Shown here piece by piece: positions 15,740-30,224 of a DNA stretch of 64,000 bases. The stretch comes from Eledone cirrhosa (Eukaryota). The notes under the pieces are model-generated. The model did no database searches and had not been told where the DNA came from. It saw only the letters and a list, made by a program, of their open reading frames with translations. The stretch covers positions 176,452,001-176,516,000 of the forward strand of contig OZ024740.1 in assembly GCA_964016885.1 (NCBI GenBank). The letters are read 5' to 3'. Position numbers and translations under genes: made by a program. The stretch's first letter is position 1; every line of letters starts with the position of its first letter.

Positions 15740-15838
15740 TGATTGTCCCAAAAAATGTATGTATACTTCAACAGCATTCTAATAAATATTGCCTGTACAT
15801 GTAATCAAAGTGTGTATTCATTTTTGGGACACACACTG
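15739..15838. mobile_element. Small Tc1/mariner-type MITE remnant
   Basis: Imperfect TIRs tgtcccaaaaaatgtat / attcatttttgggaca; preceded by TA. Confidence 0.5.
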
Positions 15839-15847
15839 TGTGTGTGT

Positions 15848-15880
<33 letters not shown>

Positions 15881-16639
15881 CAGTGTATGTACAAATGTAT
15901 CATATATATGCGTGTGTGTGTGTGCTCGTGCGCGCGCGTAAATGTGTGTCAGTGTGTGTGAGTGTAAGTATGTATGTATACGCGTCATAGTATACGAGTT
16001 ATATATATATATATATAGTAGAATAATCGAGTATCGAAAAATCGGCGCACGAGTTCACGATAAACAAAATTCGATATATATATATATATATATAATATAT
16101 ATATATATATATTTATAACTATGACTCGTATACATACATACTTACACTCACACACACTCACACACACTTAAGCATGCGCACGCAGATACACACACACATA
16201 CACACACATATATATGACACTTTTGTATCTGTGTAGAGTATAACTGTTACCGAAGATGCATTAATGTATATAATATTTATGCATCTTTCCGTATATAGAC
16301 ATGGTAACCTCCTAAATATATATATGCATTACACTCTAAATTAAAAACAATATATATAATTACCTTGAATCGATTTACGATCCAAATTAGGTTCCTAATG
16401 ATAAAGTGAGTACATCATTTAAACAACCGTAAAGAAACATATAACCGGGGGATGGGGATTATATATACTATTACTAACAGTAGTATGTTGAAATGGTCGT
16501 GCTAATTTGAATATTATTAGAAGTCCTGCTGGGAGTTAAGATATATATTAAGTTATGCGCTAACCATCTGAAGTGTATGCCAATTTATATCTGTATCTAT
16601 ACCGCGTAGAATTAACCGAGACTGCTATAAGTTAAGCTT

Positions 16640-17250
16640 CCCGGTAAAGCCTATGGTAAGTGTCGATTCCAAGCTAGCTGATGATCAGTGCGGTTTTCGC
16701 CCCGGATGCAGCCCAGTCGACAAAAAATTCACACTGTGGCAGGTCTTCGAGAAATTGGGGCAGTATTGCCAAGAGATGTAATCTTGTGTTGTCGACCTTG
16801 AAAAGGCATATGACCGCGTAGATCGGGACTTGCTGTGGGGGGTTCTGCAGGAGTAGGAAATCGATGATCAGCTTCTTGCTGCTCTGATGTTTTTATACGA
16901 ATGCCTGGGTATTTGTGTTCGGATAAATGGTGCTAAATCGAAACCATTCAATGTGGAGTGTGACTCCGCCTATGGTGTGTAAGGTCACCTCTCCTGTTCA
17001 TTATTTACATGAACAGGATTGACAAGCGCAGACGGGTTGGAAGTGATATCAAAACTGGTGGGTGTAAAATCAGTCAGCTGGAATTTGCATACTTAACTCG
17101 ACAAAAGATGATCTCCGACTTGCACTCGATAGGTTTGATGCCGAGTGTTGCATTGCTGGAATGAAAATCAGTGCTGCGAAAACTGAGACTCTCGTCCTGT
17201 GAAAAGGAAGCCTGCACAGTGCAGTCTACATACGAATGGAGTTCCCCTGA
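16640..17250 (+). pseudogene. RTE-clade LINE RT fragment
   Basis: Translates to QCGFRPG and VDLEKAYDRVDRDLLWGVLQE; stops present. Confidence 0.75.
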
Positions 17251-17392
17251 AACAGGTGGGATAATATCCATGAGCTTGGCTTGTCTCGCTTGGGGATCCA
17301 GTCGGATCAGTTGGAAGACGGTTGCTTCGGACAGGACGCACTGGAAGGATATAATTTATCCGCAATTTTCTGAAAGCATTGCTAAATTATTA

Positions 17393-17580
17393 GAGCGGTG
17401 GTTTGGCAATATCGATAGAGCGTCAGACACCATGTTTTGCAGCATAGTTATGGCCCTTTGCGTTCTGAGTTCAAATCCGCCGAGGTTAACTTTGCCTTTC
17501 ATCCTTACGAGGTCGATAAAATAAAGTACCAGTAATGCACTGAGATAATCGCTGGCCTTGTGCCAAAAGTAGAAACTCAA
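17393..17580 (+). mobile_element. SINE copy
   Basis: Consensus match. Confidence 0.8.
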
Positions 17581-18197
17581 TTATTTCTGTAATGTTGATC
17601 GACTATACTAAGAAAATATATGCCTCTGAAATTATTACAATCACTTCTAACGTCTTTGCAGTGTAGTAATATTGTTATTCAGTATAAGGATTGCCTACGT
17701 GTGTTCAAGTAAGATTAGCTTGTTTCTTTTCCAGCTGGAATACAACCGGCTTCGCCTTTTGACAGTTTGTTCACAGTATTGATGATTTCATCTGTGGTTA
17801 GGAATTCACCTCGTTGAGCTGATTGCTGGATGAGATTGTCTCTCGAAGAAAGTTCAGTATAATGTTTCTCCATTCTCAATATCTAGTCAGATCTATCTGC
17901 GATTACAATGATTCGGTAGATAGCTTTTCCGGCAAGAAGCCTTTAGTAAGAATTCGTTGGTAACTGGACACTTTGTGGTCCGAGACTAAACATATCAGGG
18001 ACACAGATATGCTGTACACACAGCTATACAGCATGTAATCCCATCGGCATGTGAAAATGCCTAAGTAGTCGTCAACAGGCTCTCAGCAAAGTACGTAATT
18101 GAAGAGTATCAATCGAAAAGAAATTGTATACATACAAACATCTACAAAAATATATAAATGTATGCGCCACACATTCTCTCTCTCTCTCTCTCTCTCT

Positions 18198-18264
<67 letters not shown>

Positions 18265-18270
<6 letters not shown>

Positions 18271-18335
18271 TTTTAATATAGATGAGATTCTACAGGACTA
18301 GAACTGTAGAATCTCATCTATATTAAAACTTTTAT
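18265..18335. repeat. Mini fold-back of a family also seen at ~14660 and 20375-20435
   Basis: gatgagattctacag gactagaa ctgtagaatctcatc; the 20.4-kb copy has CTGATGA...GAAAcagtTC. Confidence 0.6.
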
Positions 18336-18396
18336 ACTCTGCAATGTATTAAGCACCTTACTTACTGTGGTTACCTCCGATTCAACCCGAAATAAC

Positions 18397-18517
<121 letters not shown>

Positions 18518-18549
18518 CGGTCTTTTTGCTCTCTCTATATATATGTCTG

Positions 18550-18581
<32 letters not shown>

Positions 18582-18582
18582 C

Positions 18583-19461
18583 AGCGGGGGAAAAAATATG
18601 TGTAAATATGAGAATAAACGTGCTGCGTGGTTGCATATGGGTTACATATGAATAAAGTGGTCCTTCATCAGTGATCTTCCAACCATCAACGGTATTTCTT
18701 CGCTTTAAAGACCATACCGGATGTATATGGTCTTTAAAGCGAAGAAATACCGTTGATGGTTGGAAGATCACTGAAGAAGGACCACTTTATTCATATGTAA
18801 CCCATTTGCAACCACGCAGCACGTTTATTCTCATATTTACACATATTTCTTCCCCCGCTGTGACCCATCTATTTCGTTCTTACTGCTTCCTCTTTCTCTG
18901 TATCTTTACCCTCTCTAACAGTCAATCTCTCTGTTAGCCTCTTCCTCACCCTTCACTCACTCACTCTCTGTTCTTCTCCTCCTCCTCTTTTTCCCGTTTG
19001 ACCTGTGCGTAATTCTTTTCTTTCGCACGCTTGGTCAGGCTGGTTCGGCTTTTTTCTCTCTCTCCTCTACGATTTCACAGAACTTATGTTCACCGAATTC
19101 ACAGACTAGATTCCTTCTTCCTCCCGTTAGACCTGTACGGAATTCCTTTCTTGCTCACATTCCAACCAGGTTTGATGGTCTTTATTCTCTCTCGTTCACG
19201 ATTTCACCGAACTTATATTCATGGAAATTTGGGACTTGACTCGTTCTTCCTCACTTTTCGTTGCTTCACCATCTTTGTTTATTTACACTCTCGCTGTTCC
19301 CTTTATTTACGTATCCCAACGACTTTTTTTAGCCGTTGCTCGCACCAACCGGAGGTATATGGTCTTTAAAGCGAAGAAATACCGTTGATGGTTGGAAGAT
19401 CACTGATGAAGGACCACTTTATTCATATGTAACCAATTTGCAAGCACGCAGCACGTTTATT

Positions 19462-19465
<4 letters not shown>
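18583..19465 (+). mobile_element. Family E element: inverted 5' duplication (centre ~18720) plus partial tandem (~630-bp unit) ending in (TA)n
   Basis: 18583-18716 is the reverse complement of 18725-18860; 18722-18835 recurs at ~19350-19465. Confidence 0.8.
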
Positions 19466-19503
<38 letters not shown>

Positions 19504-19581
19504 TACACATATACAAACATATACAAAAACATCTACAGATATACACATATATACACATACAAAACACATAAATACACATAC

Positions 19582-19621
<40 letters not shown>

Positions 19622-19829
19622 GAAAAAGTATGACCCCGACGGCAGAGCTCAAGCCGTTTCGGCGGCTATTTCTGGACTAATATATATATATATATATATA
19701 TGTGTGTGTATGTATATGTATGTGTATATGTATATGTATGTGTATATATATATTTGTGTATGTGTATTTATGTATTTTGTATATGTGTATATCTGTAGAT
19801 GTGTTTGTATATGTTTGTGTATACGTGTA

Positions 19830-19939
<110 letters not shown>

Positions 19940-19949
19940 TGTCTGTTGA

Positions 19950-20290
19950 CACCTGGAATATAGCTTAAGAGGAATATGACAATAATGATTAAGCACCCAA
20001 TATTTGAACTGGTTTATAGAATTCTCTTGGCCTTTGTCACTCTAAGTAGAGCTTTAAAGAATTAGCTTTTAAAGAATTTCCCTTTTCTGTAAATCCATCA
20101 ACCATGACCGACCCCCAACCATCTTATAGACACCTGAAATATAGGCATGGTTAGTTTAAGAGAAACTTAAAAATAAGGAGTGGCACCCCAATTTGAACTT
20201 GTTTATAGAATTCTTTCTGCCTTTGTCACTCTAAATATAAATTATACCTTTAAAGAATTAGCTTTTAACGAATTCCCCTTTCTTTCAACC
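19950..20290. repeat. Local ~180-bp tandem duplication
   Basis: acacctg..atatag...gcaccca...tttgaact...ggcctttgtcactctaa occurs twice. Confidence 0.7.
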
Positions 20291-21168
20291 AATGACCTCC
20301 ACTCATCCCACTCCCCACCCTCTCCTACCACCTGAAAAGATATATATATCACAACATTTATTTTGGACAGCCAGATTCCTGATGATTTCTAAAGTATGAA
20401 ACAGTTCTATTCCTGTAGAATCTCATCCATAAAACATTTATACAAACACATCTACAGATATACATATATAGACATATACAAAATACATAAATATTATATA
20501 TAGAGAGAGAGGGGGGGGGAGATAAATAGATAGATATAGATAGATATATGAGATTTGTATCCTATTAGCGTAGTAAATACATATATGTGATGTTTGATCA
20601 TAATTATATCCATCAGAGTACTTGATGATCGTCTCTAGTGTTGTAGATCCGTTGCTCAACCTCGATTGAGTAGTCGAATGATCAAAGACGTTCCATTTGA
20701 ATTGATTAAATTGATAAATATCTATGGATTGAAACTGAAAAAGATGACTTAAGTTGTGTACCGGGGACACAGGGTGTCATTTACACATGGGAACTTTTAA
20801 TGGGCAAAGGTTGATTTGTTGATTTGAGTGAGGGTTCACTTCAGTTTCTTGCTTGTAGAGTAACCCCAAGAGTATGTTCCTCTGTTATACGGTAGCTCTC
20901 TCTCTATATATATACATACACGCACACATATATATATATATGTATGTATATATATATATATATATATCAATATATATATACATAAACATATATATATATA
21001 TATATATAGTTAAAAGAATAGAGGTGTAACGCACAAGTTATTATATATTGGTAAACGGAATAGAAAATGCTGACAAATTGTTCACAGTTGAAAAATGGTT
21101 TAATTAGGAATAAAAGAGTATTAGTGATTGTATGGGTTAGTATTCAGTTGTGGTTTTAAGTTTTTAAG

Positions 21169-21206
21169 TTTTTACCGGTTGCGCATTTCTAAATGCTTTT
21201 CAAAAA
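21169..21206 (-). ncRNA. Variant hammerhead (U3-A8, GCAA) in pLTR; mirror copy 24239-24277 (+)
   Basis: ttt-TTGAAAA-gcattt ag aaatgc-GCAA-ccgg-TA-aaa. Confidence 0.6.
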
Positions 21207-21553
21207 TAATTTTGAGATAGAGTGTCCGTGCTGTTTGCTCTGATCTGATTAGTTTTGGGAATTCTACCTGTTTTTATGTTAAAAAAGTCGCTCCAGCGTT
21301 ATTTTTGTGTTGCAAAAATGCTTGTGGTCAAAACAATTTTGTTTGGTCGGTAAAGGTCATGTGAATGTAAAAAGTTGATTTTGCGCCAAGACTGTTTTTA
21401 TGTTAAAAAAGTGGCTCCAGCAAAAATTCTTGGTCAAAACAATTTTGATTGGTCGGTAGAGGTCATGTGGATAAAAAATTGGTTTTGCGCCAAGATTGAG
21501 AAATGACTCTTTCACAACAAATATGTGTGTGTGTGTGTGTGTATGTGTGTGTA

Positions 21554-21585
<32 letters not shown>

Positions 21586-21674
21586 TGTGTGTGTGTGTAG
21601 TAGTAGTAGTAATAAGGTGTTCGATGCTGCGACAATGGCCAGCAGCGATGTGTGTCAAATGTCTATTAAGATAA

Positions 21675-21741
<67 letters not shown>

Positions 21742-22221
21742 GCAGAGTCATTCGAAGGTCAAAAGATATTTTTCAGCTTTTGTCTTATAAGGAGAAGTGC
21801 GTGTGTGTGTGTGTGTGTGTGTGTATTAGTCTCTTTGTATGTTGATGTACGCGTGTGTATGTGTTTGTGTATATATATGTGTGTGTGTGTTTGTGGGTGG
21901 ACCAGTATTTTTTTCCCCCTGGTAAAATGGTGTACATTATTCGATTTTTTCAGTAAAATCGGTTCTCTTAATAGAACATCAAAAATCTTAACAATAAAAG
22001 GTGTGAAATGATATTCACTATATATATATATATACACACATACATATATTCACTACATATATATATATATATACATATATACATACATATATATGCACAT
22101 ATATTTTTTTGTATTGCACCATAGAGCATGTGTGTTTACGTGTGTCATTGTGTTTATAAGTGGGTAGAGATGTGTGCTGATGTAGGTATGTATGTTGACG
22201 TGTGTATGTTGTGGGTTCGTC

Positions 22222-23850
22222 TTAGGGAGAAGTGTTTAGACGGGGTCCGTATTTGTTAATGAAGTAAGATTCCTTGCTGATGCGCTGGGTGTGGGTGGCA
22301 TTATCTTTAAATTTGTAGAGGGGAAAGATTCTGAAGTTGGGATGATTTTGGGCGGCACAGGTATCAATGTGTTCACTCAGTGGTATTTTCCTGTATTCCC
22401 GTATTTTGATTTGGGATCTATGGACAGTCATGCGTTGGCGGAGGCTGTTTTTGGTCTGGCCTATGTATTGTTCTCGACAACCTGAACAAGTTAATACATA
22501 TATTAGATTTTCCGATGCACATGTGAAATTGTGTTTTACTATAAAACGTTGTCCATCTTTGAAATAGAATTCCGAACCCTCTATTAGGTTGATGCAAATG
22601 CCACAGTTGGGTCTATTGCATTTTTTTACTGTGGGTTTCGTTGTTGTGGTTGGCAGTACTTTGGCATGTGTTAAGATGTTTTTCATTGACTTGGATTGTC
22701 TTTTGCTCTTTATGATATCGTGTGTTCGTAGAATTTGGTTCATTCTATGGTCCTTTTTCAATACAGGGATGTTCTAGAGGATGGTGTCAAAGGCCTCATT
22801 GTTGAGGGGGTTGTGTGTGGAGATGTATGGAAGAGCTTTTAGTTTTGGTTGATTTACTTTAGGGTGTCTAAGGTCCTGGGTACTGAGTTTTAGGGCACGT
22901 TGGATTCCATTGTCAATTAGTGATGCAGGGTAGTCCCTGCCTATGAGTGTTTCCTTTAGTTCTTGTAGCCGTAAGTAGCAGATGTTTTTATTGGAGACTA
23001 TAGTACAGATTCTCTTGGCTAAGTTGTAGGGAATATTAATTTTAACGTGTCTAGGGTGGCAAGAGTTGAAGGGGAGATATTGCTTGGAGTCTGTGGGCTT
23101 GTAGTATATGTCTGTTTCTATTTTTTTGTTATGGAACTTAATGAGGATGTCGAGGAAGGGGAGTTGTTGATGGCTGTATTCCATCGTGAAGTTAATATTT
23201 GTGTTGAGCCCATTTATAAGGGTGTGAAATTCTTTAAGTTTTTCGATGTTTTCGTGCCAAAGGATGAAGCAGTCATCTAGATATCGCTTCCAGTTCCTTT
23301 CAATGTGTAAGTGGAGGGTGTTTCCAAATTTGTTTAGGACTTTAGTGTAGAGGGTGATTTCCAGGTATCCCATGACTAGGTTGGCATAAGTAGGGGCTGT
23401 TTTCGTTCCCATAGCGGTCCCAGATTTCTGCCTGTAGGGTTTGTTATTGAAAACGAAGTAATTGTTCTCCAAGATAAATTTGAGTCCCTCTATCACGAAT
23501 TCTTTTTTGATGCGTTGTGGGAGTTCATTGTGGAAATTATCCAGCCAGAATTGGATAGCTTCTATTCCTAGGTTGTGGGGGATGTTGGAGTATAGGTTGA
23601 CTAGATCGAACGTCACTAGTAGGGTTTGTTCAGAAAGTGGCATATTAGGGAGGTGATTGAGCATATCTAGGTCGTCCCTTATATAGCACTAAGTCGTAAC
23701 TTTCTACAGAAGTCTGTGATGTCTTCCTTCATTTCATAGTAGTTAGGACGTAGTGGGGTCGGTGTGAATTTAAGACCTTTGGAGAGTAAGTTGATAAGGT
23801 TGGGTGTTGGTTCTGCACTAGTAAGATTGATAATTTTTATTACTATCGGT
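22222..23850 (-). pseudogene. PLE polyprotein (RT + GIY-YIG), with one in-frame TAG at ~22774 and an N-terminal deletion at ~23690
   Basis: IINL..LLSKGLKFTPTP..FCRKLRL; FDLVNLYSNI; GTAMGT; WKRYLDDC; LPFLDI; CNRPNCGIC..LIYVLTCSGCREQYIGQT. ORFs 22774-23664 and 22222-22761 are in the same frame. Confidence 0.93.
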
Positions 23851-24620
23851 TTCTCCTCCCTGTCTTGTGTTATTTTGTTTGCCTGTATCTGTGTGCTGTG
23901 TCTAAAAAATGGTTGGGGTAGAGGGGTTGTCTGCTGATGTCATTTCTCAATCTTGGCGCAAAACCAATTTTTTATCCACATGACCTCTACCGACCAATCA
24001 AAATTGTTTTGACCAAGAATTTTTGCTGGAGCCACTTTTTTAACATAAAAACAGTCTTGGCGCAAAATCAACTTTTTACATTCACATGACCTCTACCGAC
24101 TAATCAAAATTGTTTTGACCACAAGCATTTTTGCAACACAAAAATAACGCTGGAGCGACTTTTTTAACATAAAAACAGGTAGAATTCCCAAAACTAATCA
24201 GATCAGAGCAAACAGCACGGACACTCTATCTCAAAATTATTTTTGAAAAGCATTTAGAAATGCGCAACCAGTAAAAACTTAAAAACTTAAAACCACAACT
24301 GAATACTAACCCATACAATCACTAATACTCTTTTATTCCTAATAAAACCATTTTTCAACTGTGAACAATTTGTCAGCATTTTCTATTCCGTTTACCAATA
24401 TATATATATATATATATATCAATATATATATATATATATATAAATATTTATATGCATATATACATATATATATAAATATATATTTATATATATAAATATT
24501 TATATACATATATACTTATATATATGTATATAAATATATATATGTATATAAATATATATAAATATATATATATTTATATACACATAAATACACACACACA
24601 CACACAGACACACACACACA

Positions 24621-24686
<66 letters not shown>

Positions 24687-24704
24687 GTAAGATTATATAT
24701 ATAT

Positions 24705-24960
24705 ATTAAATATATGAAAGAAAAACGAACACAGATATATATATACATATATGTGTTCAAATCGCAAGGGACCAGATTCGCTCAGGTGAAAAGAATACTA
24801 ATTTCCGGTTTGTATTTATTTTCTTGATTTTTTCTTAAATTGAGGCAGGAAAACCCTATTGTCTATAGTTAGTATTCTTTTCACCTGAGCGAATCTGGTC
24901 CCTTGCGATTTGAACACTTATATGTATATATCTGTCTTCGTTTTTCCTTTATATTTAATT
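24705..24960. repeat. Fold-back element (arms ~95 bp, ~65-bp spacer)
   Basis: gtgttcaaatcgcaagggaccagattcgctcaggtgaaaagaatacta and its reverse complement at 24869-24917. Confidence 0.8.
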
Positions 24961-25385
24961 ATAATATACGGCTCGGAAAAATCTCTTTCTTAGAGCTATT
25001 TTATTGTAACAAACTATTTTGAGTTCCTAACTCAATATATACCTAACTCAATATATATATATTTATGTAATACGCAGTGATTTATATATATCTTTTTGTA
25101 GTGGATTAAGTTTCGTGTATCACAGCAGGGGCAGTCAGACTCAAAATAAAGGCTACAATTTCAGCTGTTCAACTGTCTACTGTCGTCTGCTAGTCCTCTT
25201 CTAAACATTTGTTACGAATGAAAGGCAGAAAACAATGGATATTTTCTCATTTCTTCCGATTGTATGAATAACCTCCCACTCTTTCTGTCCCCCTCTCTCT
25301 CTTTCTTTCCGAACTCTCTCTCTCAATATCTCTCTATCTATCTATCTCTCTATCTATATCACTTTCTCTCTCGGCTCTCGCTTTC

Positions 25386-25416
<31 letters not shown>

Positions 25417-25813
25417 CTTCTTCTTCTTCTTCTTCTTCTTCTTCTTCTTCTTCTTCTTCTTCTTCTTCTTCTTCTTCTTCTTCTTCTCTCTTTACCTTTC
25501 TATTTTTTTTCCTCCAATAGTTTCGTTTTCTCAGTCATTCTATGTTTCTGTTACTCTCCGATCTTGGACGACATAAAGAACATATTGTAGTGCATACATA
25601 CATACATCATACATTCATACATTTATACATGCATAATATATGCATACATAAATATATATATAAGCACACACAAGGGCACACAGGCACACATTCGCACTCA
25701 TATAAACGTGCACATTCACATTCGCAAGGCATTCATTCACGCGTGCACACACACACACACACATATATATATAGGTATATTTTTATATATTATTTCCTCG
25801 TATTTTGTAATTT

Positions 25814-26015
<202 letters not shown>

Positions 26016-26039
26016 CGCGCAGTGCGCGCGTGTGTGTGT

Positions 26040-26890
26040 GTGCTCTGCAAAACCCGTGCTGGTCCCTGGGTCATGACAGACTTGGTGAGGGTTACCAATC
26101 CAACGTCATCACCACTGAAACCTAGAACGCTGCAAGAAGTACCTCAGCCTTCTTCTACATCACCGACGCATCTCAATTGATCCTGGACAAACCATCACCA
26201 CAGACACGGCTGCAGACTCGATCCTGTCACCCCATTGAAGTCAGAGTCGCCCTGAAGAATCTCAAAACCCACAAAGCCTCTGGAATCTGCAGTATCACCG
26301 TAGAGATGTTAAACGCAGGTGGAGATAACATGATCCAGTGGCTCACTCGTATCATCAACCATGAATGGGTGTCAGAGAAGCTCCGAAATGACTGGAAGCA
26401 TTATCCTTCCCTTCTGGAAACGTAAGGGCGACAAACTCATCTGCAGCAAACGCAGGGCACCACTCTTCTGTCCATCCCAAGCAAGGTCTTCACCAAGATC
26501 CTCCTCAACCGTGGTCTTCCCACTATTAGAAGCGGACGTCACCCACAACAAGCCGGATTCATGCCTAATCGAACCACAACCGACCATATTTCTGCCCTTC
26601 AACTCATTACTGAAAGATGTCGGGAGTTCCGAAGAGGGTCGCAAAGCGGCTTTCGACATGGTCGACCACGCGTTCCTATAGAAAATTCTCCAGCTTATCG
26701 GTGCGCCTCTGAAGGTCACTGCCTTGTTCCAATGACTATAGAAGTGCCAAGAGCTGCGTGCGGGCGAACGGGAAGGTCTCCGACTGGTTCCGATCAACAG
26801 TGGGCTCAGACGGGGCTGCCTGGCTGCCCGACCTCTTAAACTGTGTCAACGACTATCAGATGACCAAGGTCCGTGAGCGAGTTTCTAGCG
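26040..26890 (+). pseudogene. RTE-like LINE RT fragment, frameshifted
   Basis: EVRVALKNLKTHKASGICSITVEML; GFMPNRTTTDHI; KAAFDMVDH. Confidence 0.75.
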
Positions 26891-27086
26891 TTACCTTTAT
26901 GCTAATCCCAATTACAATTCTTTACAATTTTTTACAGTTCATCACCTCTGTGATATTGAAAATCACAATTCTCCATCTACCCACTGTTTGTTTCCCAACA
27001 CCCACCCACCATAACCCAATAACATGTTTAAAAACAAACACGGGATATATATCAACAGTTTGGATGGAATCATCCCTGTAAACTCT

Positions 27087-27172
27087 TATATCTGAAGAAG
27101 TGTCGATTAAGAGTCGGGATCCGATCACATGATCAAATCCGAGCTGATCGATATAGAAACAATTGTAATATG
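27087..27172 (+). ncRNA. Type I hammerhead with extended stem II
   Basis: tatat-CTGAAGA-a-gtgtcgat...atcgatat-a-GAAA-caattg-TA-atatg. Confidence 0.7.
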
Positions 27173-27299
27173 AAATAAAGTTTACAAAAAACTGCAATTC
27201 TTTTTGTCACTTTATATATATGTATGTGTGTTTGTGTGTGTATGTATGTGTGCGCGCGCGCGCTCGCGCGTGTTTGTGTGTATATAGAGTCTGTGATAC

Positions 27300-27840
27300 T
27301 GAGACCGGGGAGGCTACTAATCATGCTAGTAATCAATGCATGGGGATATGCAGATTCTGTAAAATCTTGATCGCAGCGCCAAGCCGACACCGCTTTAGAT
27401 TCGCTTATATATTTTTTGGTGATTTATAATTGGATATTTCTGTTGGATGTTTTTCATGCTTTTGTCCCTTAGCAGAATAGGAAGATTGCATGTTTGTATA
27501 AATTTCAGTATTCTGTGAATTGAGTCGAAATATAAGATATAACATTTCTGTTTCTTTTTGCTATTAGTAATTTAAAAAGAAGTGTGTTTCGTTACTGATG
27601 TCCATAGTGAATTGGATGTTAGAGTTTATACTATTGATAAGATTTGGGAAATTGTTCAGTATATAATGATTTTCCCTCCATAAAATATAGTAGTCGACCA
27701 GGATTTTTTCCAGTTTTCTTTTATATAACAGCTGAATTCATCCACAAATTATTTCGTAGATACCTGATGTATAGTATTTCATGACAAGGCTGGCATGTGT
27801 TGGAGCAACATTTGTTCCCATCGCTCTTCCTGCTATAATG
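27300..27840 (-). pseudogene. Highly degenerate PLE RT fragment
   Basis: Minus strand GRAMGTNVAPTHASLVM and NIQFTMD parallel motifs in the 22.8-23.7 kb RT. Confidence 0.65.
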
Positions 27841-27969
27841 TTTTATAAATCAATTTGTTTTAGGCTTTTCGTATGACCCATTCATTAGTTTATTCTCGTG
27901 TATGTTAGTTAGGTAGTGCATAGATATTACTCGGTTTTTTATCTAATTCCATATATGTTAGAAAATTTT

Positions 27970-28006
<37 letters not shown>

Positions 28007-28358
28007 TGGCGGACTGGCCACGTTGCCAGGCTGGCCAATGGCAAGTGGGCCCCAGGAGACCCGCGGTAGCATTGCAAGAGGCCACAGTAACATTGCAGGG
28101 CCCACTGTAGTATTTTAGAGGCCAATGCTTTGCTTTAAAAAAATACCTGAAATCTAAGAGAAAGAATAAAATTAAAAAATAAATAAGCAAAACAATTAAG
28201 CAAAGCATTTGGTCAACCAATTCCTCAGGGAATTACTAGAATCCAAAATATACGATAGTGCAAATAGCTGGAACCAGTGGTTGTACGTTCTACTAAATCT
28301 AAAGCTCAGTGTATTCATTCATGCATACAAATATACATATATAGATACAGACACACAA

Positions 28359-28394
<36 letters not shown>

Positions 28395-28395
<1 letters not shown>

Positions 28396-28438
28396 GGAAT
28401 ACTGTTGGCTTCTTGCTACAATACTTTCTATACCTTTC

Positions 28439-28472
<34 letters not shown>

Positions 28473-28800
28473 TCCTTTCCTCACTCACATTTCAACCAGG
28501 TTGGATGGTCTTTTCCTCTCTCGTCTACGATTTCACAGAACTTATGTTCATCGATTTCAGGAACTAGACTCCTTCTTCCTCACTTTTCGTTGCATTACCA
28601 TATTTGTTTGTTTACTGTCTCGCTCGTTCCCCCTATTTACGTGTCCCAACGACTTTCTTTAGCCGTTGCTCGCACCAACCAGAGGTATATGATCTTTAAA
28701 GCAATAAAATACCAATGAAGACTGGAAGATCACTGATGAAGGACTAATTTTATTCATATGTAACCCACTTGCAACTACGCAGCACGCCATTTTTTCATTT
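28395..28800 (+). mobile_element. Family E copy, split by and ending in (TA)n
   Basis: Homology to 19150-19465. Confidence 0.75.
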
Positions 28801-28814
28801 TTTATATATATATA

Positions 28815-29060
<246 letters not shown>

Positions 29061-29061
29061 C

Positions 29062-29142
<81 letters not shown>

Positions 29143-29380
29143 ATATATACACATATATATATACATTTATACATTTATATATATTTATATACTTACACAC
29201 GAACTACTGACCAAATAATATTTGGTATCAATGGGTAATAATTTTTAAATAATTGAAATATACACAGACATGTATATAATGTGAAATGAAACTGGAAGGC
29301 CCATATATATACGTGTGAGTATGTATATATATAAATGTGTGTCTTTGTATACATATATATATATGTATGTGTGTGTGTAT

Positions 29381-29426
<46 letters not shown>

Positions 29427-29631
29427 ATAATAATAAATTTGAAGACCAAAATCCAAAGAGGGTTCGATAAGGATAAATATATATCAGATATATAAGAACC
29501 GTAGAGCAAATATTTATAATAATGTGAAATATATACGTGTGAGTATGTATATATATTAATATATAAATGTGTGTCTTTGTATACATATATATATATGCAT
29601 GTGTGTGTATATATATATAACTGTAATCTGT

Positions 29632-29690
<59 letters not shown>

Positions 29691-30224
29691 GGTGTCTGTG
29701 AACTATATACATTGGTCATAAACACATATACAGACACATTCACATATGTATATATACACAACAACACCATCAGCTCTCTCTCTCTCTCTCTTCCATTCTC
29801 CTTCTCTCTATGCCTCTCTTTCAATATACTCTCTCACAACCACTGTCTCTTTCTCTCTACCCAGAACACCCCATATCTCAGGAATCCGTGCTTCAATTTA
29901 CGCGAAACCTTATTCCATTTGTATTCCCATTTCAGGTTCAACTTCCTCTCAAAGTATTTTCCCATTATGCACCCTTTTGGCTCTCTTACTTCTTGGACAA
30001 GTAAGCAAGTAAACAAGCAAGCAATCACAGACGTTTAGTAATATTCTAGACCACCCGTTGGTCATGTTCACTTCAAAATATTTTTCATGTATGTATGTAT
30101 GTATGTATGTATGTATGTATGTATGTATGTATGTATGTATGCATGCATGCATGCATGTATGTATGTATGTATGTATGTATGTATGTATGTATGTATGTAT
30201 GTATGTATGTATGTATGTATGTAT

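Larger units (their letters stand above)
21010..24400 (-). mobile_element. Penelope-like element (Neptune-type Cys linker) with inverted pLTRs (21043-21507 / 23939-24400), internally deleted, flanked by (TA)n
   Basis: RT and GIY-YIG coding sequence; ~465-bp inverted terminal copies; HHR-like motif in both. Confidence 0.92.

Noticed and set aside
22762-22776. Selenocysteine or programmed read-through between RT and EN
   Set aside because: The stop is TAG, not TGA; no convincing SECIS was seen; a single point mutation explains it
28004-28110. hAT-like MITE starting cagtggcggactggcc
   Set aside because: No convincing matching TIR or 8-bp TSD was found
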